Below are positions 20,872 to 29,871 of a stretch of DNA of 64,000 nt, in pieces. Within the stretch, counting starts at the first letter, position 1. Every line of letters begins with the position of its first letter. Below the pieces are notes generated by a model. It was not told the DNA's origin, made no database searches, and saw only the letters and a program-made list of their open reading frames with translations. The stretch is from Paenibacillus cymbidii. GTDB taxonomy: Bacteria > Bacillota > Bacilli > Paenibacillales > NBRC-103111. Made by a program: the position numbers and the translations under genes. Where the stretch lies: NCBI RefSeq assembly GCF_004764705.1, contig NZ_SHLX01000014.1, positions 90,953-154,952 of the forward strand. The letters are read 5' to 3'.

Positions 20872-21060
20872 GAAGGCTGTGAAACAGGCAACGGAATGGG
20901 AGAGTGAAGCAGGTAACGGAATGGGGAGTGGGGAATGGAGCAGGTAACGGAATGAGCAGTAAGGCAGGCGACGGAATGGGGAGTAAGGCAGGCAACGGAA
21001 TGGGAGAGTGAGGCAGGCAGCGGAACGGGGAGTGAGGCAGGAGACGGAGTGGGTAGTGGG
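20872..21060. repeat. 24-bp minisatellite, ~8 tandem copies of (A/G)AGGCAGG(C/T)AACGGAATGGGGAGT
   Basis: The direct tandem repeats are visible in the sequence. They lie immediately upstream of the IS1595 transposase start. Only repeat-derived low-complexity ORFs cover them. Confidence 0.8.
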
Positions 21061-21177
21061 GGTCGTCATTTCAAAGGGGGGAACAAGCATGCATTCACCT
21101 GATCGAAGGGGATAGTGGCTGAAAAGAGGCTGAGGGCGACAAGTCCCTTGCATGATCGCATAAATATTCCATAAAAA

Positions 21178-21222
21178 AGGAGGCCGCAGCCAGCGCAGCC
21201 TCGCTTTTTTCTCACAGCGGAA
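21178..21222. terminator. Bidirectional terminator downstream of ridA
   Basis: AAAAAAGGAGGCCGCAGCCAGCGCAGCCTCGCTTTTTTCT. A GC stem is flanked by A- and T-runs. Confidence 0.65.
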
Positions 21223-21237
21223 AATTTAAGAAACGGT

Positions 21238-21702
21238 TCAGTCGCGAATTTCCACAATGATTTCAATTTCGACAGGAGTATGGAACGGCAATTCGTTGGT
21301 GCCGATCGCGGAACGGGCGTGTTTGCCGGCTTCGCCGAACACGTCGACAAGCAGATTCGAAGCGCCGTTAATGACGAGCGGCTGATTGGCAAAGCCGGGG
21401 GCGCTGTTGACCAGGCCGAGCATTTTGACGATGCCGACGACACGGTCCAGATCGCCCAGGTACCCTTTCAGCACGGCGATACAGTTGATCATCGTTTGGC
21501 GAGCGGCTGCCTGCCCTTGTTCAATGGTCAATTCGGCGCCAAGCTTGCCTTCGAACATCAATTCGCCGTCGATCCGGCAATCCTGCCCGGACAAATAAAG
21601 CAGGTTGCCCGTACGTTTGCACGGAATGTAAGTAAACCGCGGCTCCGGGGACGGCGGCAGGGTGATGCCAAGCTCTTGCAGACGTTGTTCGATTTTCGAC
21701 AT
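21238..21702 (-). CDS. ridA: RidA/YjgF-family reactive-enamine deaminase
   Basis: YjgF/chorismate-mutase-like fold (…ANQPLVINGASNLLVDVFGEAGKHARSAIGTNELPFHTPVEIEIIVEI). The start is ATG after GAGGAGGAG. Confidence 0.8.
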   Translation of the reverse strand: MSKIEQRLQELGITLPPSPEPRFTYIPCKRTGNLLYLSGQDCRIDGELMFEGKLGAELTIEQGQAAARQTMINCIAVLKGYLGDLDRVVGIVKMLGLVNSAPGFANQPLVINGASNLLVDVFGEAGKHARSAIGTNELPFHTPVEIEIIVEIRD

Positions 21703-21729
21703 AAAAAGACTCCTCCTCAAGATAGCATG

Positions 21730-23349
21730 TTAATGACGATGGGAATGATGAGTGCAATGGTGCTGGGCACGGATCAGACCGCCGCTGCGCGTCCCGGTGT
21801 GCTGTTCGTCCTGCAGCGTCAGTTTGCCGTTTACAACAACGTGCGGGATGCCGAGCGGGTATTGCCGCGGCTCTTCGAAGGTAGCCAGATCCTGAATTTT
21901 ATCAGGATCGAACACGACCAGATCGGCGGCATAACCGGGCACGATCAGCCCGCGTTTGCCGAGCTTGAAGCGCTGCACCGGGAACGAAGTCACTTTGCGC
22001 ACGGCCTGCTCGAGCGACAACACGCGCTTATCCCGCACATATCGCGCGAACAGCCGCGGGAATGAGCCATACAGCCGCGGATGCGGTTTGCCCGTTTCGC
22101 AGGTGAGGCTGTCCGAGGCGATGAGCGATTTTTCGTAAGCGACGACCTCAGTTACATCATCATCGGACATGTGAAAATAAACGATGGAGACGCGGCCGTT
22201 TTCTTCAAGCAGCAGGTCCATCATGCAATCGACCGGGTGAACGCCGCGCGTTTCGCTGATTTCGGCGATATGTTTGCCTTCGAGCGGTTTGTTCGCTTCG
22301 GTCATTACCGCGGATACGAATACACTCTGCCAGCCGGTCGAGCAGACGAGATTGTCCCAGGCCTCCTGCTCGCGGCCAAGCTCCTCCTTGATCCGCTTGC
22401 GCAGCGCCGGGTCGCGGAACGCTTGCAGCGTCGCTTCGATGCCGCCTTCCAGCACCCACGGCGGAAGCACGGTGGTGAGCGTCGTCGAGCCGGCATGGTA
22501 CGGGTACACATCGGTCGTCACGTCGAGCCCGCGGGCCCTCGCGTCTTCGATCAGCTCCAGCGCCTCAATTACTTTGCCCCAGTTGGCTTTGCCCGCCGCC
22601 TTCAAGTGGCTGATGTGCAGCGACACGCCGGCGCGCTCCGCGATCCAGATCACTTCTTTCACCGAAGGGATCAGGTTGTTGCCTTCGCCGCGAATATGCG
22701 TCGAAAACAAGCCGTTGTATTTCGGCAGCACCGAACACAGCTCCGCCAGCTCTTCTCGCGACGTGTAACTGCCCGGGGCGTACAAAAGTCCAATCGACAG
22801 GCCAATGGCGCCGGCTTGCAGCCCGTGCTCCAGCATCCGTTTCATCAGCGCCAGTTCATCCGGCCGGGCAGGGCGATTCACGAAACCCATGACAGCAATG
22901 CGCAGCGCGCCGTGGGCGACGTAAGTGGCGACGTTCTCCGCCGGCCCCAAACCGGCTACGCTCGCCATGTACTGCTCCACGGTCTCCCAGGGCCAAGCCC
23001 ATTCGGTTCGGCCCAGCACCGGTTGAATATACGTTTGCAGCGCTTCCGCTTGCGATGGGACGAACGGGGCGGGGGCCAGGCCGCAATTGCCGACGACTTC
23101 GGTCGTGACGCCCTGGCGAAGTTTGATGTCGCTCAGCGGGTGATCGAAGATCATCAGGTCGGAATGGCAATGCCCGTCGATAAAGCCAGGGGCGATCGCT
23201 AGCCCGCCGGCATCGATCGTTTCGCGGCTTTCCTGATCGACGCGGCCGACGATGGCGATAACGCCGTCCTTGACCCCAACGTCGCCGCGAAGCCACGGGT
23301 TGCCGGTACCGTCGACGATTCGTCCGTTGCGGATGACGAGATCCAGCAT
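21730..23349 (-). CDS. N-acyl-D-amino-acid deacylase (D-aminoacylase), amidohydrolase superfamily
   Basis: 539 aa (…NGRIVDGTGNPW…GFIDGHCHSD…) with a composite D-aminoacylase architecture. RBS is GGAGGAG. Confidence 0.8.
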   Translation of the reverse strand: MLDLVIRNGRIVDGTGNPWLRGDVGVKDGVIAIVGRVDQESRETIDAGGLAIAPGFIDGHCHSDLMIFDHPLSDIKLRQGVTTEVVGNCGLAPAPFVPSQAEALQTYIQPVLGRTEWAWPWETVEQYMASVAGLGPAENVATYVAHGALRIAVMGFVNRPARPDELALMKRMLEHGLQAGAIGLSIGLLYAPGSYTSREELAELCSVLPKYNGLFSTHIRGEGNNLIPSVKEVIWIAERAGVSLHISHLKAAGKANWGKVIEALELIEDARARGLDVTTDVYPYHAGSTTLTTVLPPWVLEGGIEATLQAFRDPALRKRIKEELGREQEAWDNLVCSTGWQSVFVSAVMTEANKPLEGKHIAEISETRGVHPVDCMMDLLLEENGRVSIVYFHMSDDDVTEVVAYEKSLIASDSLTCETGKPHPRLYGSFPRLFARYVRDKRVLSLEQAVRKVTSFPVQRFKLGKRGLIVPGYAADLVVFDPDKIQDLATFEEPRQYPLGIPHVVVNGKLTLQDEQHTGTRSGGLIRAQHHCTHHSHRH

Positions 23350-23398
23350 GTTGTTTCTCTCCTCCGGTAAACTTAAGGCCGGACTGCCGGCCGCGGTT

Positions 23399-24553
23399 TT
23401 ATTCGAGCATGCCTCGCGCCGCTACGGGGACCACTTCGACGCTGCCGTCCGCATGGCGGAAAGCGACGCGATTGTGCAAATTGACGGTGCTGCATATATG
23501 GTTCGGCACGATATGAAGCGTGTCGCCGATGCGCAGGTCGGCCACCTGCGCTGCCGGCCCGAGCCGCAGCATGCCGTGCTCCTCCGTCAGCCGCTCCAGC
23601 ACCGCGTCCTCCAGCTCCGCCACGTGACCGAAGCCTTCGAGCCGCAACGGCTCGGTGTTCGGCTGCACGTCGGTGGCAAATGTTTTGCTGCCGCCGTCGA
23701 CGATGGCAAGCTCCGGCGTTGGCCGGCTGACGACGGTGACGCGTACGGTGCCGGCGCAATCGTGAAGGCCGCATACGCCGAAACGGGCCTGCATCCGGTC
23801 CTGGAACACGTATGTGCCGGGACGGATTTCCGTTACGCCGCGCACCGCGGCGGCATAAGCGGCCGTCGGCGTCGAACCGACGCTGACGTCGACGATCGGA
23901 ATGCCGGCTTCACGCATTCGGTCGGCCAGCTTGGCCATAAGGCGGCCTTCTTCCTTGCCGGCGCGCTCGAGGTCGAGCGTGGGCTTGCCGTCCAGCACCG
24001 CGCCGCGGAACGTATAGATGCCGTTCAGCCGCAGGCCCGGCATCGCCGCGATCAGCTTCGCCAGGTCAAGCGCATCGTCGTAAGGCACGCCGGTCCGGCG
24101 CAGGCCGGTATCGATTTCGAGCCGCACTTTCAGCTCGATATCGTGGGCGACGGCCATCTCCGACAGAAGCATCGCCCCGCGGGCGCTGTCGACGGCAAGC
24201 GTAAGCGCGATGCTGCGGGCGATGCGGATGGCCCGCTCGATCTTGGTGCGCGTCACGAGCGGGTACGCGATGAAAATGTCGGCAATACCGTGTTCGGCCA
24301 TCACTTCGGCTTCCGACACTTTGGCGACCGTGATGCCGACGGCGCCGGCTTCCAGCTGCATGCGGGCGACGCCCGGCATCTTGTGCGTCTTCGCGTGCGG
24401 GCGCAGCGTAACGCCGGAACGTGCCGCGAGCGCCGCCATTTCCTTGATGTTGCGTTCCAGCCGCTCGACGTCGATCACGACGCAAGGCGTTTCCGGCAGC
24501 CGGGTATCGGACGAAGTCTCCGAACCGCGCTGCGCAACAAACGATGGTTTCAT
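23399..24553 (-). CDS. PLP-dependent D-amino-acid enzyme of the DSD1 family (alanine-racemase-like N-domain with a D-serine dehydratase-like C-domain; D-threonine aldolase / D-serine dehydratase-like)
   Basis: …RPHAKTHKMPGVARMQLEAGAVGITVAKVSEAE… carries the PLP-lysine motif of fold-type III. Confidence 0.7.
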   Translation of the reverse strand: MKPSFVAQRGSETSSDTRLPETPCVVIDVERLERNIKEMAALAARSGVTLRPHAKTHKMPGVARMQLEAGAVGITVAKVSEAEVMAEHGIADIFIAYPLVTRTKIERAIRIARSIALTLAVDSARGAMLLSEMAVAHDIELKVRLEIDTGLRRTGVPYDDALDLAKLIAAMPGLRLNGIYTFRGAVLDGKPTLDLERAGKEEGRLMAKLADRMREAGIPIVDVSVGSTPTAAYAAAVRGVTEIRPGTYVFQDRMQARFGVCGLHDCAGTVRVTVVSRPTPELAIVDGGSKTFATDVQPNTEPLRLEGFGHVAELEDAVLERLTEEHGMLRLGPAAQVADLRIGDTLHIVPNHICSTVNLHNRVAFRHADGSVEVVPVAARGMLE

Positions 24554-24578
24554 GAATGCACCAGCCTTCTTCGCAAGA

Positions 24579-25214
24579 TTATTGCTTGCTTTCCTCCAAA
24601 TAGCTGTAAAGCGTATATTTGGAGATGTTCAGGTAGGCGCCGATTTTTTCGCCGCCTTTTTTGATCAGGAAGGCGCCTTTGCGGTCGAGCAGCCCGATCA
24701 TGTTCCTCTTGTCTTCCTTGGTCATGACCGCTACCGGTTTGCCAATCTGTTCCTGCGCCTCCTGGATGAGGGCATCGAGCAAATCGGAGACGTTGCTGAC
24801 GAACGTTTCGTTTACGATGCCGCGCGAGCCTCCCTGGGTCAGCGTTTGCAGCGTTTTCTCCGCCACCATCAAGCTCGTGATGTCGTAATTGATGCACAGC
24901 GCACCGATGACGTCGCCTTTGCGGTTTTTCATGTACATCGAGGTGGAGCGCAGGACGCGGCCGTCTTTCGTTTGCGTCAAATAGTTGTATTTGTTGCCGT
25001 TCGCTTCCGTGCCGCGAAGCAGTTCCAAGCCCAGGTTCGTGCCCGGGTCGCCGACTTTGCGTCCGGTGACGTGCCCATTGGCAATGGCCGCGATGGTGCT
25101 TTCGTACGAGCCGGTCAAGTCGTGCAGCACAACTTCGCATCCTTCGCCGAACTGCGCGGCGACGGCTTCCACCAAATCCTGCAAAAAACCGATTTCGTCG
25201 CGGATGGATTCCAA
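24579..25214 (-). CDS. YheO-like transcriptional regulator (PAS-like sensor with a C-terminal HTH)
   Basis: 211 aa (…EVVLHDLTGSYESTIAAIANGHVTGRKVGDP… and …YLNISKYTLYSYL). It is the first gene of the D-amino-acid operon. Confidence 0.7.
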   Translation of the reverse strand: MESIRDEIGFLQDLVEAVAAQFGEGCEVVLHDLTGSYESTIAAIANGHVTGRKVGDPGTNLGLELLRGTEANGNKYNYLTQTKDGRVLRSTSMYMKNRKGDVIGALCINYDITSLMVAEKTLQTLTQGGSRGIVNETFVSNVSDLLDALIQEAQEQIGKPVAVMTKEDKRNMIGLLDRKGAFLIKKGGEKIGAYLNISKYTLYSYLEESKQ

Positions 25215-25403
25215 CGGTATTGTGCCCTCCCGGAATGCGGATATATGCGGTAATGCGTCAATACGAGAAGTATTCTATCACGAATGCGACGAGTTTCAAA
25301 CGAAAAGTTTGTTTGCCAGAATAAAAGTTTGTCATCTGCCGTCATACAAAAAGGCGGCAGCTTCGGATGTTGGTCCAAAACTGCCGCCGGTGCGGGCTTT
25401 CGA

Positions 25404-25763
25404 TTATTCGGTGGACGGCGACATGATTTCGACGGAAACGCCGGCCGGGTCGCGCATGAACACGTTCGTAAACGCACCTGCCTGCCTGATGTCGGTCATC
25501 GTGTAGCCGAGTTCCTTCAGCCGGGCGATCGCCTCGTCCAGATTGTCGGTCGACAGCGCGAAGTGGCCGAGGCCGGTCGGGTTCGTCTCCGATCCGCGCG
25601 AAATGACGATGCGCCCTTGCCCCATGCGCAAATGCACCAAGGTAGCGTCCCCCGCCTGCACGCGGCGGATTTCCTCGGCGCCGAACACGCTTTTGTAAAA
25701 GGTTACCGTTTCTTCGACGTTCTCGCAGTAAATATGGACATGGTCAATAGCAAATGAACCCAT
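25404..25763 (-). CDS. VOC-family (glyoxalase/bleomycin-resistance/dioxygenase fold) protein
   Basis: 119 aa (…HVHIYCENVEETVTFYKSVFGAEE…). Confidence 0.7.
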   Translation of the reverse strand: MGSFAIDHVHIYCENVEETVTFYKSVFGAEEIRRVQAGDATLVHLRMGQGRIVISRGSETNPTGLGHFALSTDNLDEAIARLKELGYTMTDIRQAGAFTNVFMRDPAGVSVEIMSPSTE

Positions 25764-25805
25764 CGGTCCGATTCCTCCTCGGTTGGTTAGTTCTCGGTTG
25801 GTCGG

Positions 25806-26612
25806 TTACAGCGGAACGGAAACCCGCTGCTTTTGCCGGAAAAATACCCATTCCTTGTAGCCGATTTCCCGCAGCCGCCGCTGCACTAGCTCCCATTCGT
25901 CGCCGACGCGGCCCGGCTTGTGGGCGTCTGAGCCGAACGTCACCGCGATGCCGTACCGGAGCGCCATTTCGAGCATTTCGTCCGACGGGTACCAGCCGCC
26001 GCAATCTTTGGTGCTGCCCGACGTGTTGATTTCGATGGCGACGCCGCATTCGCCGATCGTGCGCAGCGCCTGCTCGACCGCCTTCGTCTTGATATCCGAA
26101 AACGCCGGATAGTACCCTTTCATCGCGTCGATATGGCCGAGAATCTGGAACATGCCGCTGCGCGCCGACTGTTCGATCAAGTCGTAGTACGTCTCCTTCT
26201 GCTTGATCTTCTGCACGTCGGACAAGTCTTTCCAGCGGTTCCTGTTAAAGATGCTGGTGCCGCCGGATTGATGCACCGAGCCGATGATATAATCGAACGG
26301 GTACTGGGCGTAGATCATTTCGTACAAGCCCGCGTGCTCAGGAAAAAAGTCCGACTCCACGCCGAGCAGCACTTCGATCCGGCCTTCGTACTCCGCCTTC
26401 AGCTTCAGCACTTCGGAAACATAAAACGAAAACTCGCGCTTTGCCATCGCGATGCCGGGAAACGGCTGCTCCTGCTCATCCCCGAAAAAAGGGGAATGGT
26501 CGGAGATGCCAATCACCTGCAAGCCGCGTTTCACCGCGGCGTCGATATAGGCGCGGATGCCTAGCTCGGCATGTCCGCAGCGTTCGTGGTGCGTATGCAA
26601 GTCGAATTTCAT
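25806..26612 (-). CDS. hisK: Histidinol-phosphatase of the HisJ family (PHP domain)
   Basis: MKFDLHTHHERCGHA…ISDHSP… with metal-binding PHP motifs, 268 aa. Confidence 0.8.
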   Translation of the reverse strand: MKFDLHTHHERCGHAELGIRAYIDAAVKRGLQVIGISDHSPFFGDEQEQPFPGIAMAKREFSFYVSEVLKLKAEYEGRIEVLLGVESDFFPEHAGLYEMIYAQYPFDYIIGSVHQSGGTSIFNRNRWKDLSDVQKIKQKETYYDLIEQSARSGMFQILGHIDAMKGYYPAFSDIKTKAVEQALRTIGECGVAIEINTSGSTKDCGGWYPSDEMLEMALRYGIAVTFGSDAHKPGRVGDEWELVQRRLREIGYKEWVFFRQKQRVSVPL

Positions 26613-26650
26613 GGAATGTGCGGCCTCCTTGTTTGCCCGTTCTGCCCGTT

Positions 26651-27553
26651 CTACTCCGTCCCGAGGAAGTGCGTCTCCGGCATGCCCCGCAAGTCGCTCA
26701 AAAACTGCTGCATCGCCGAACTCAAATATCGGCCCGACTTATACAGGACACCGACCGGATGCGTCGCGTCCAACTCGTTGACGTGGATCATCTTCAGCGT
26801 GCCAAGCCGGACTTCGCCGGCGATGGACAGCTTGGAGATGATCGCCGCGCCCAAATTCAGCTCGACCATGCGTTTCACTTCCTCGCTGCTCGACAGTTCC
26901 ATGACGACTTGCGGCACGATGTCGAATTTGCGGAAAATGTGGTCGGTAAAACGCCGTCCCGCCGTTTCGGGAGACAGCATGATGAGCGGGATGTTGCGCA
27001 GTTCATGAATCGCTGCGTGCGACGAGCGGGCGAGCGGGTGCTTCGGCGATACGACCAGTTCGTAGGTATCGTAATACAGCACGGAGCTTTCGAGCTGCGG
27101 GTTCTTGTCGAACAAATAAGCGATGCCTATATCGACCGAACCGTTCTCGACGCTGGTCACAATCTGCGAGGACGGCATCGAGTGGATCGTAATTTTGATC
27201 AGAGGAAACTGGTCCTGGAAATAGGACAGCACCCGCGGCAGCGTCTGCATCGCGATCGACGTCGTGGTGCCGAGCACGATATGCCCCTGCGGCACGTTCT
27301 CGAGGTCGGCCAGCTTCTGCTTCATCTCGCGCACCATATGGACGATCTGCTGCGCGTGGGCGAGGAACAGCTTGCCGCTTTCGGTCAAGGTCACCGGCTG
27401 GTTGCGGTCGATCAGCGTCGTCTGGAATTCGTCCTCGAGGCTGCGGATTTGCGCGGAGACGGCCGGCTGGGTCAGGTTGAGCGCGTCTCCGGTTTTGCGG
27501 AAGCTCATCGTCTTGGACAAGGTGATGAACGTTTCGAGCTGGTTCACATTCAT
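26651..27553 (-). CDS. LysR-family transcriptional regulator
   Basis: N-terminal LysR HTH (MNVNQLETFITLSKTMSFRKTGDALNLTQPAVSAQIRSLE) plus a substrate-binding domain. The start is ATG after GGGAG. Confidence 0.85.
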   Translation of the reverse strand: MNVNQLETFITLSKTMSFRKTGDALNLTQPAVSAQIRSLEDEFQTTLIDRNQPVTLTESGKLFLAHAQQIVHMVREMKQKLADLENVPQGHIVLGTTTSIAMQTLPRVLSYFQDQFPLIKITIHSMPSSQIVTSVENGSVDIGIAYLFDKNPQLESSVLYYDTYELVVSPKHPLARSSHAAIHELRNIPLIMLSPETAGRRFTDHIFRKFDIVPQVVMELSSSEEVKRMVELNLGAAIISKLSIAGEVRLGTLKMIHVNELDATHPVGVLYKSGRYLSSAMQQFLSDLRGMPETHFLGTE

Positions 27554-27716
27554 GGTGGAAACTCCCTGGGTCAACAAACTTTTCTTTTCAAAAATTATCA
27601 GCCATATAAACAGAATTTGTCAAGCCGGGCGAAAAATGCGGTTCGCATGAAACGAATACCGCTTCGGTACGTTATACTTAAATTATGAAGAAAAGAATCG
27701 GGTGAACGTCTTGTCG

Positions 27717-28283
27717 ATGAAATTGGTCATTCTCGGCCTGTTGATGAACCAAAATCGCCATCCTTACGAAATTCGCCAAATCATCAAGGAACGCGACATG
27801 CACCATTATATTAAAATACAGGACGGTTCACTGTATTATGCGATCGACCAACTGGTGAAAGAAGGCAACATCGTCGTCGTCGATGTCGTCAAAGACAATT
27901 CGAACCGGCCGGACAAAACGATTTACGGCATCACGGAAGCGGGCAAAGCCAAGTTCCATGAGCTGCTGTATGAAAATATAACGGTCGGCACGATGTTCTA
28001 CAAGCCGATCAATGCCGCGCTTGCGTTTACGCCGCTGGGCGACGAGAAGCTCGTTGTAGAGGCGCTGGAAGCAAAAATCGCCGAAACCGAAAAGCGTGTG
28101 GACATGCTGAAGACGAACTACGAAGAGCATGTGCCGTTCGTGCCGCGCTCGTCTCTGTACATCATGAAAGGCTTCTACGAGCATGCCCGGCTCGAGCTCG
28201 ACTGGCTGCGCCGCATCCACCGCGACGCCGTTGACGGCCGACTGCGCGAGGTGGGCCGGCCGCTCGAGGAACATCATGAGTGA
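27717..28283 (+). CDS. PadR-family transcriptional regulator (with a C-terminal dimerisation/coiled-coil extension)
   Basis: MKLVILGLLMNQNRHPYEIRQIIKER…GSLYYAIDQLVKEG is a winged-HTH of PadR type. Confidence 0.75.
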   Translation: MKLVILGLLMNQNRHPYEIRQIIKERDMHHYIKIQDGSLYYAIDQLVKEGNIVVVDVVKDNSNRPDKTIYGITEAGKAKFHELLYENITVGTMFYKPINAALAFTPLGDEKLVVEALEAKIAETEKRVDMLKTNYEEHVPFVPRSSLYIMKGFYEHARLELDWLRRIHRDAVDGRLREVGRPLEEHHE

Positions 28284-29076
28284 AACGGAACGGCCGGCGG
28301 CATCGTTCGTCCGGTTGCCCGATCCGGAGCCGGGCATCGCCTGGTACGAAGTAAGCTATGACAGTCAGGGGCTGCGCGTCAAGGCTCTGCTTGCGGTGCC
28401 GGCTGCGCAGCCGGCACCGGTCGTCGTGTATTGCCGCGGCGGCATCGGCAGCGTCGGCATGGTCGGGCCGGCGCAGCTGCTGCCGTTCGCGCGCCGCGGC
28501 TATGTTGTGCTGGCGCCGCTGTACCGCGGCAGCGGCAGCGGCGTCGGCCGCGACGAATTCGGCGGCGCCGACCGGCATGACGTGTCCGCGGCGATAGCGC
28601 TGGCGCGAACGCTGCCCGGTGCGGCCGCCGCTGCCAAGGTCGCGCTGATCGGTTTCTCGCGCGGCGCGATTATGGCGATGCAAGCGGCAAGGACGTGCGC
28701 GGAAGTAGGCGCCGTCGTCGTATGGAGCGGCGTAGCGGATCTCGGGCTCACGTACCGGGAGCGGACCGACCTGCGCCGCATGCTGCGGCGCGTCGTCGGC
28801 CATCCCGGCAAACATCCCGAGGCCTACGCGGAGCGTTCGCCCGTCGCCTGGGCGGGCGAAGTCGATCCGCCGGTGCTGCTCATTCACGGCACCGCCGACG
28901 ACAACGTCAGCGCGGCGCATGCCCGGCTGCTCGGCCGCGCGCTGGACGACGCCGGCAAACGCTACACGCTGTCGCTGTACGACGGCGTCGGCCATCAGTT
29001 CCCGCCGCTGGCGCGCGAAGCGGCGATGCGGGAAATCGACGCGTGGCTGCGCCGGTTTATGCCGGCGCAGGCTTAG
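28276..29076 (+). CDS. α/β-hydrolase of the S9/dienelactone-hydrolase type
   Basis: Nucleophile elbow GFSRG and a C-terminal Asp/His region (…IHGTADDNV…GHQF). Its start overlaps the padR stop by 8 bp. Confidence 0.7.
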   Translation: MSETERPAASFVRLPDPEPGIAWYEVSYDSQGLRVKALLAVPAAQPAPVVVYCRGGIGSVGMVGPAQLLPFARRGYVVLAPLYRGSGSGVGRDEFGGADRHDVSAAIALARTLPGAAAAAKVALIGFSRGAIMAMQAARTCAEVGAVVVWSGVADLGLTYRERTDLRRMLRRVVGHPGKHPEAYAERSPVAWAGEVDPPVLLIHGTADDNVSAAHARLLGRALDDAGKRYTLSLYDGVGHQFPPLAREAAMREIDAWLRRFMPAQA

Positions 29077-29858
29077 CGCAGCCGTTCATGCAGCGCGAGC
29101 AGGTCCGCGCAGATCAGATCAGGGCGCACGCCGGCTGCCGCGATGTGCGCCAGGGCGTTGCCTGCGGTCGCCAGGCCCGTCAGCACCAGCGCGGTGCGGC
29201 AGCCGGCCGCGGCGCCGCCGCCGATATCGGTGCGCACGTTGTCGCCGACCGCCCAGATCGCGGACGCCGGCAAGCCGAGGCGCTCCACCGCATAGCCCAT
29301 AATAATCGGGGATGGCTTCCCGATTATTATGGGCTCTTGCTGCGCCGCCGTCGTGATGGCGGCGGCGATCGAACCCGCCCCGGGCTTCGGCCCGTCGTCC
29401 GACGGGAGCAGATGATCCGGGTTCGTCAACACATAAGCGGCGCCTTCGCGAATGAGGCGCGCCGCCAGCTCCAGCTTCGCGTAATCGAAGGCGCGGTCGA
29501 TGCCCTGCACAACGAAGTCGGGCGACCGCTCCGTTACCGTTAGCCCCGCTTCGCGCAGCGCATGCTCAAGCCCGGCTTCGCCGATAAAGTGGACGCGCGC
29601 CCCCGGCTTGCGGTCCGCGATGTACCGCGCCGCCGCCTGCGCGGACGTAAACACGTCGCGGCCGGCCGCTTCCACGCCGGCCACCTCGCGCAAATGCGCC
29701 GCAACTTCCTCAGGCCGCCGCGACGAATTGTTCGTCACGAACAAATACGGCGAACCTTCTTCTTTCAGCTTGTCGATGAAGGCGGCCGCATGTTCGATCG
29801 GCCGGTTCCCCGCGTACATCGTGCCGTCCAGGTCGATCAGAAATCCTCGCATCCGCAA
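29073..29858 (-). CDS. HAD-superfamily hydrolase, subfamily IIA (NagD/YutF-like sugar-phosphatase)
   Basis: …LIDLDGTMY…, …FVTNNSS…, and …GDNVRTDIGGG (HAD motifs I-IV). The start is either TTG 29858 or ATG 29852. Confidence 0.75.
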   Translation of the reverse strand: MRMRGFLIDLDGTMYAGNRPIEHAAAFIDKLKEEGSPYLFVTNNSSRRPEEVAAHLREVAGVEAAGRDVFTSAQAAARYIADRKPGARVHFIGEAGLEHALREAGLTVTERSPDFVVQGIDRAFDYAKLELAARLIREGAAYVLTNPDHLLPSDDGPKPGAGSIAAAITTAAQQEPIIIGKPSPIIMGYAVERLGLPASAIWAVGDNVRTDIGGGAAAGCRTALVLTGLATAGNALAHIAAAGVRPDLICADLLALHERLR

Positions 29859-29871
29859 CGCGTCCTTTCCT

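Noticed and set aside
20419-21153. 244-aa minus ORF spanning the IS end and the minisatellite
   Set aside because: The translation is low-complexity (PLP/SP-rich) and is created by the 24-bp tandem repeat and the IS flank. It overlaps the transposase start region. It has no RBS.
22081-23202. 373-aa + strand ORF
   Set aside because: It is antisense to the D-aminoacylase gene. It has no RBS and is Arg-rich. The sense strand carries clear amidohydrolase motifs.
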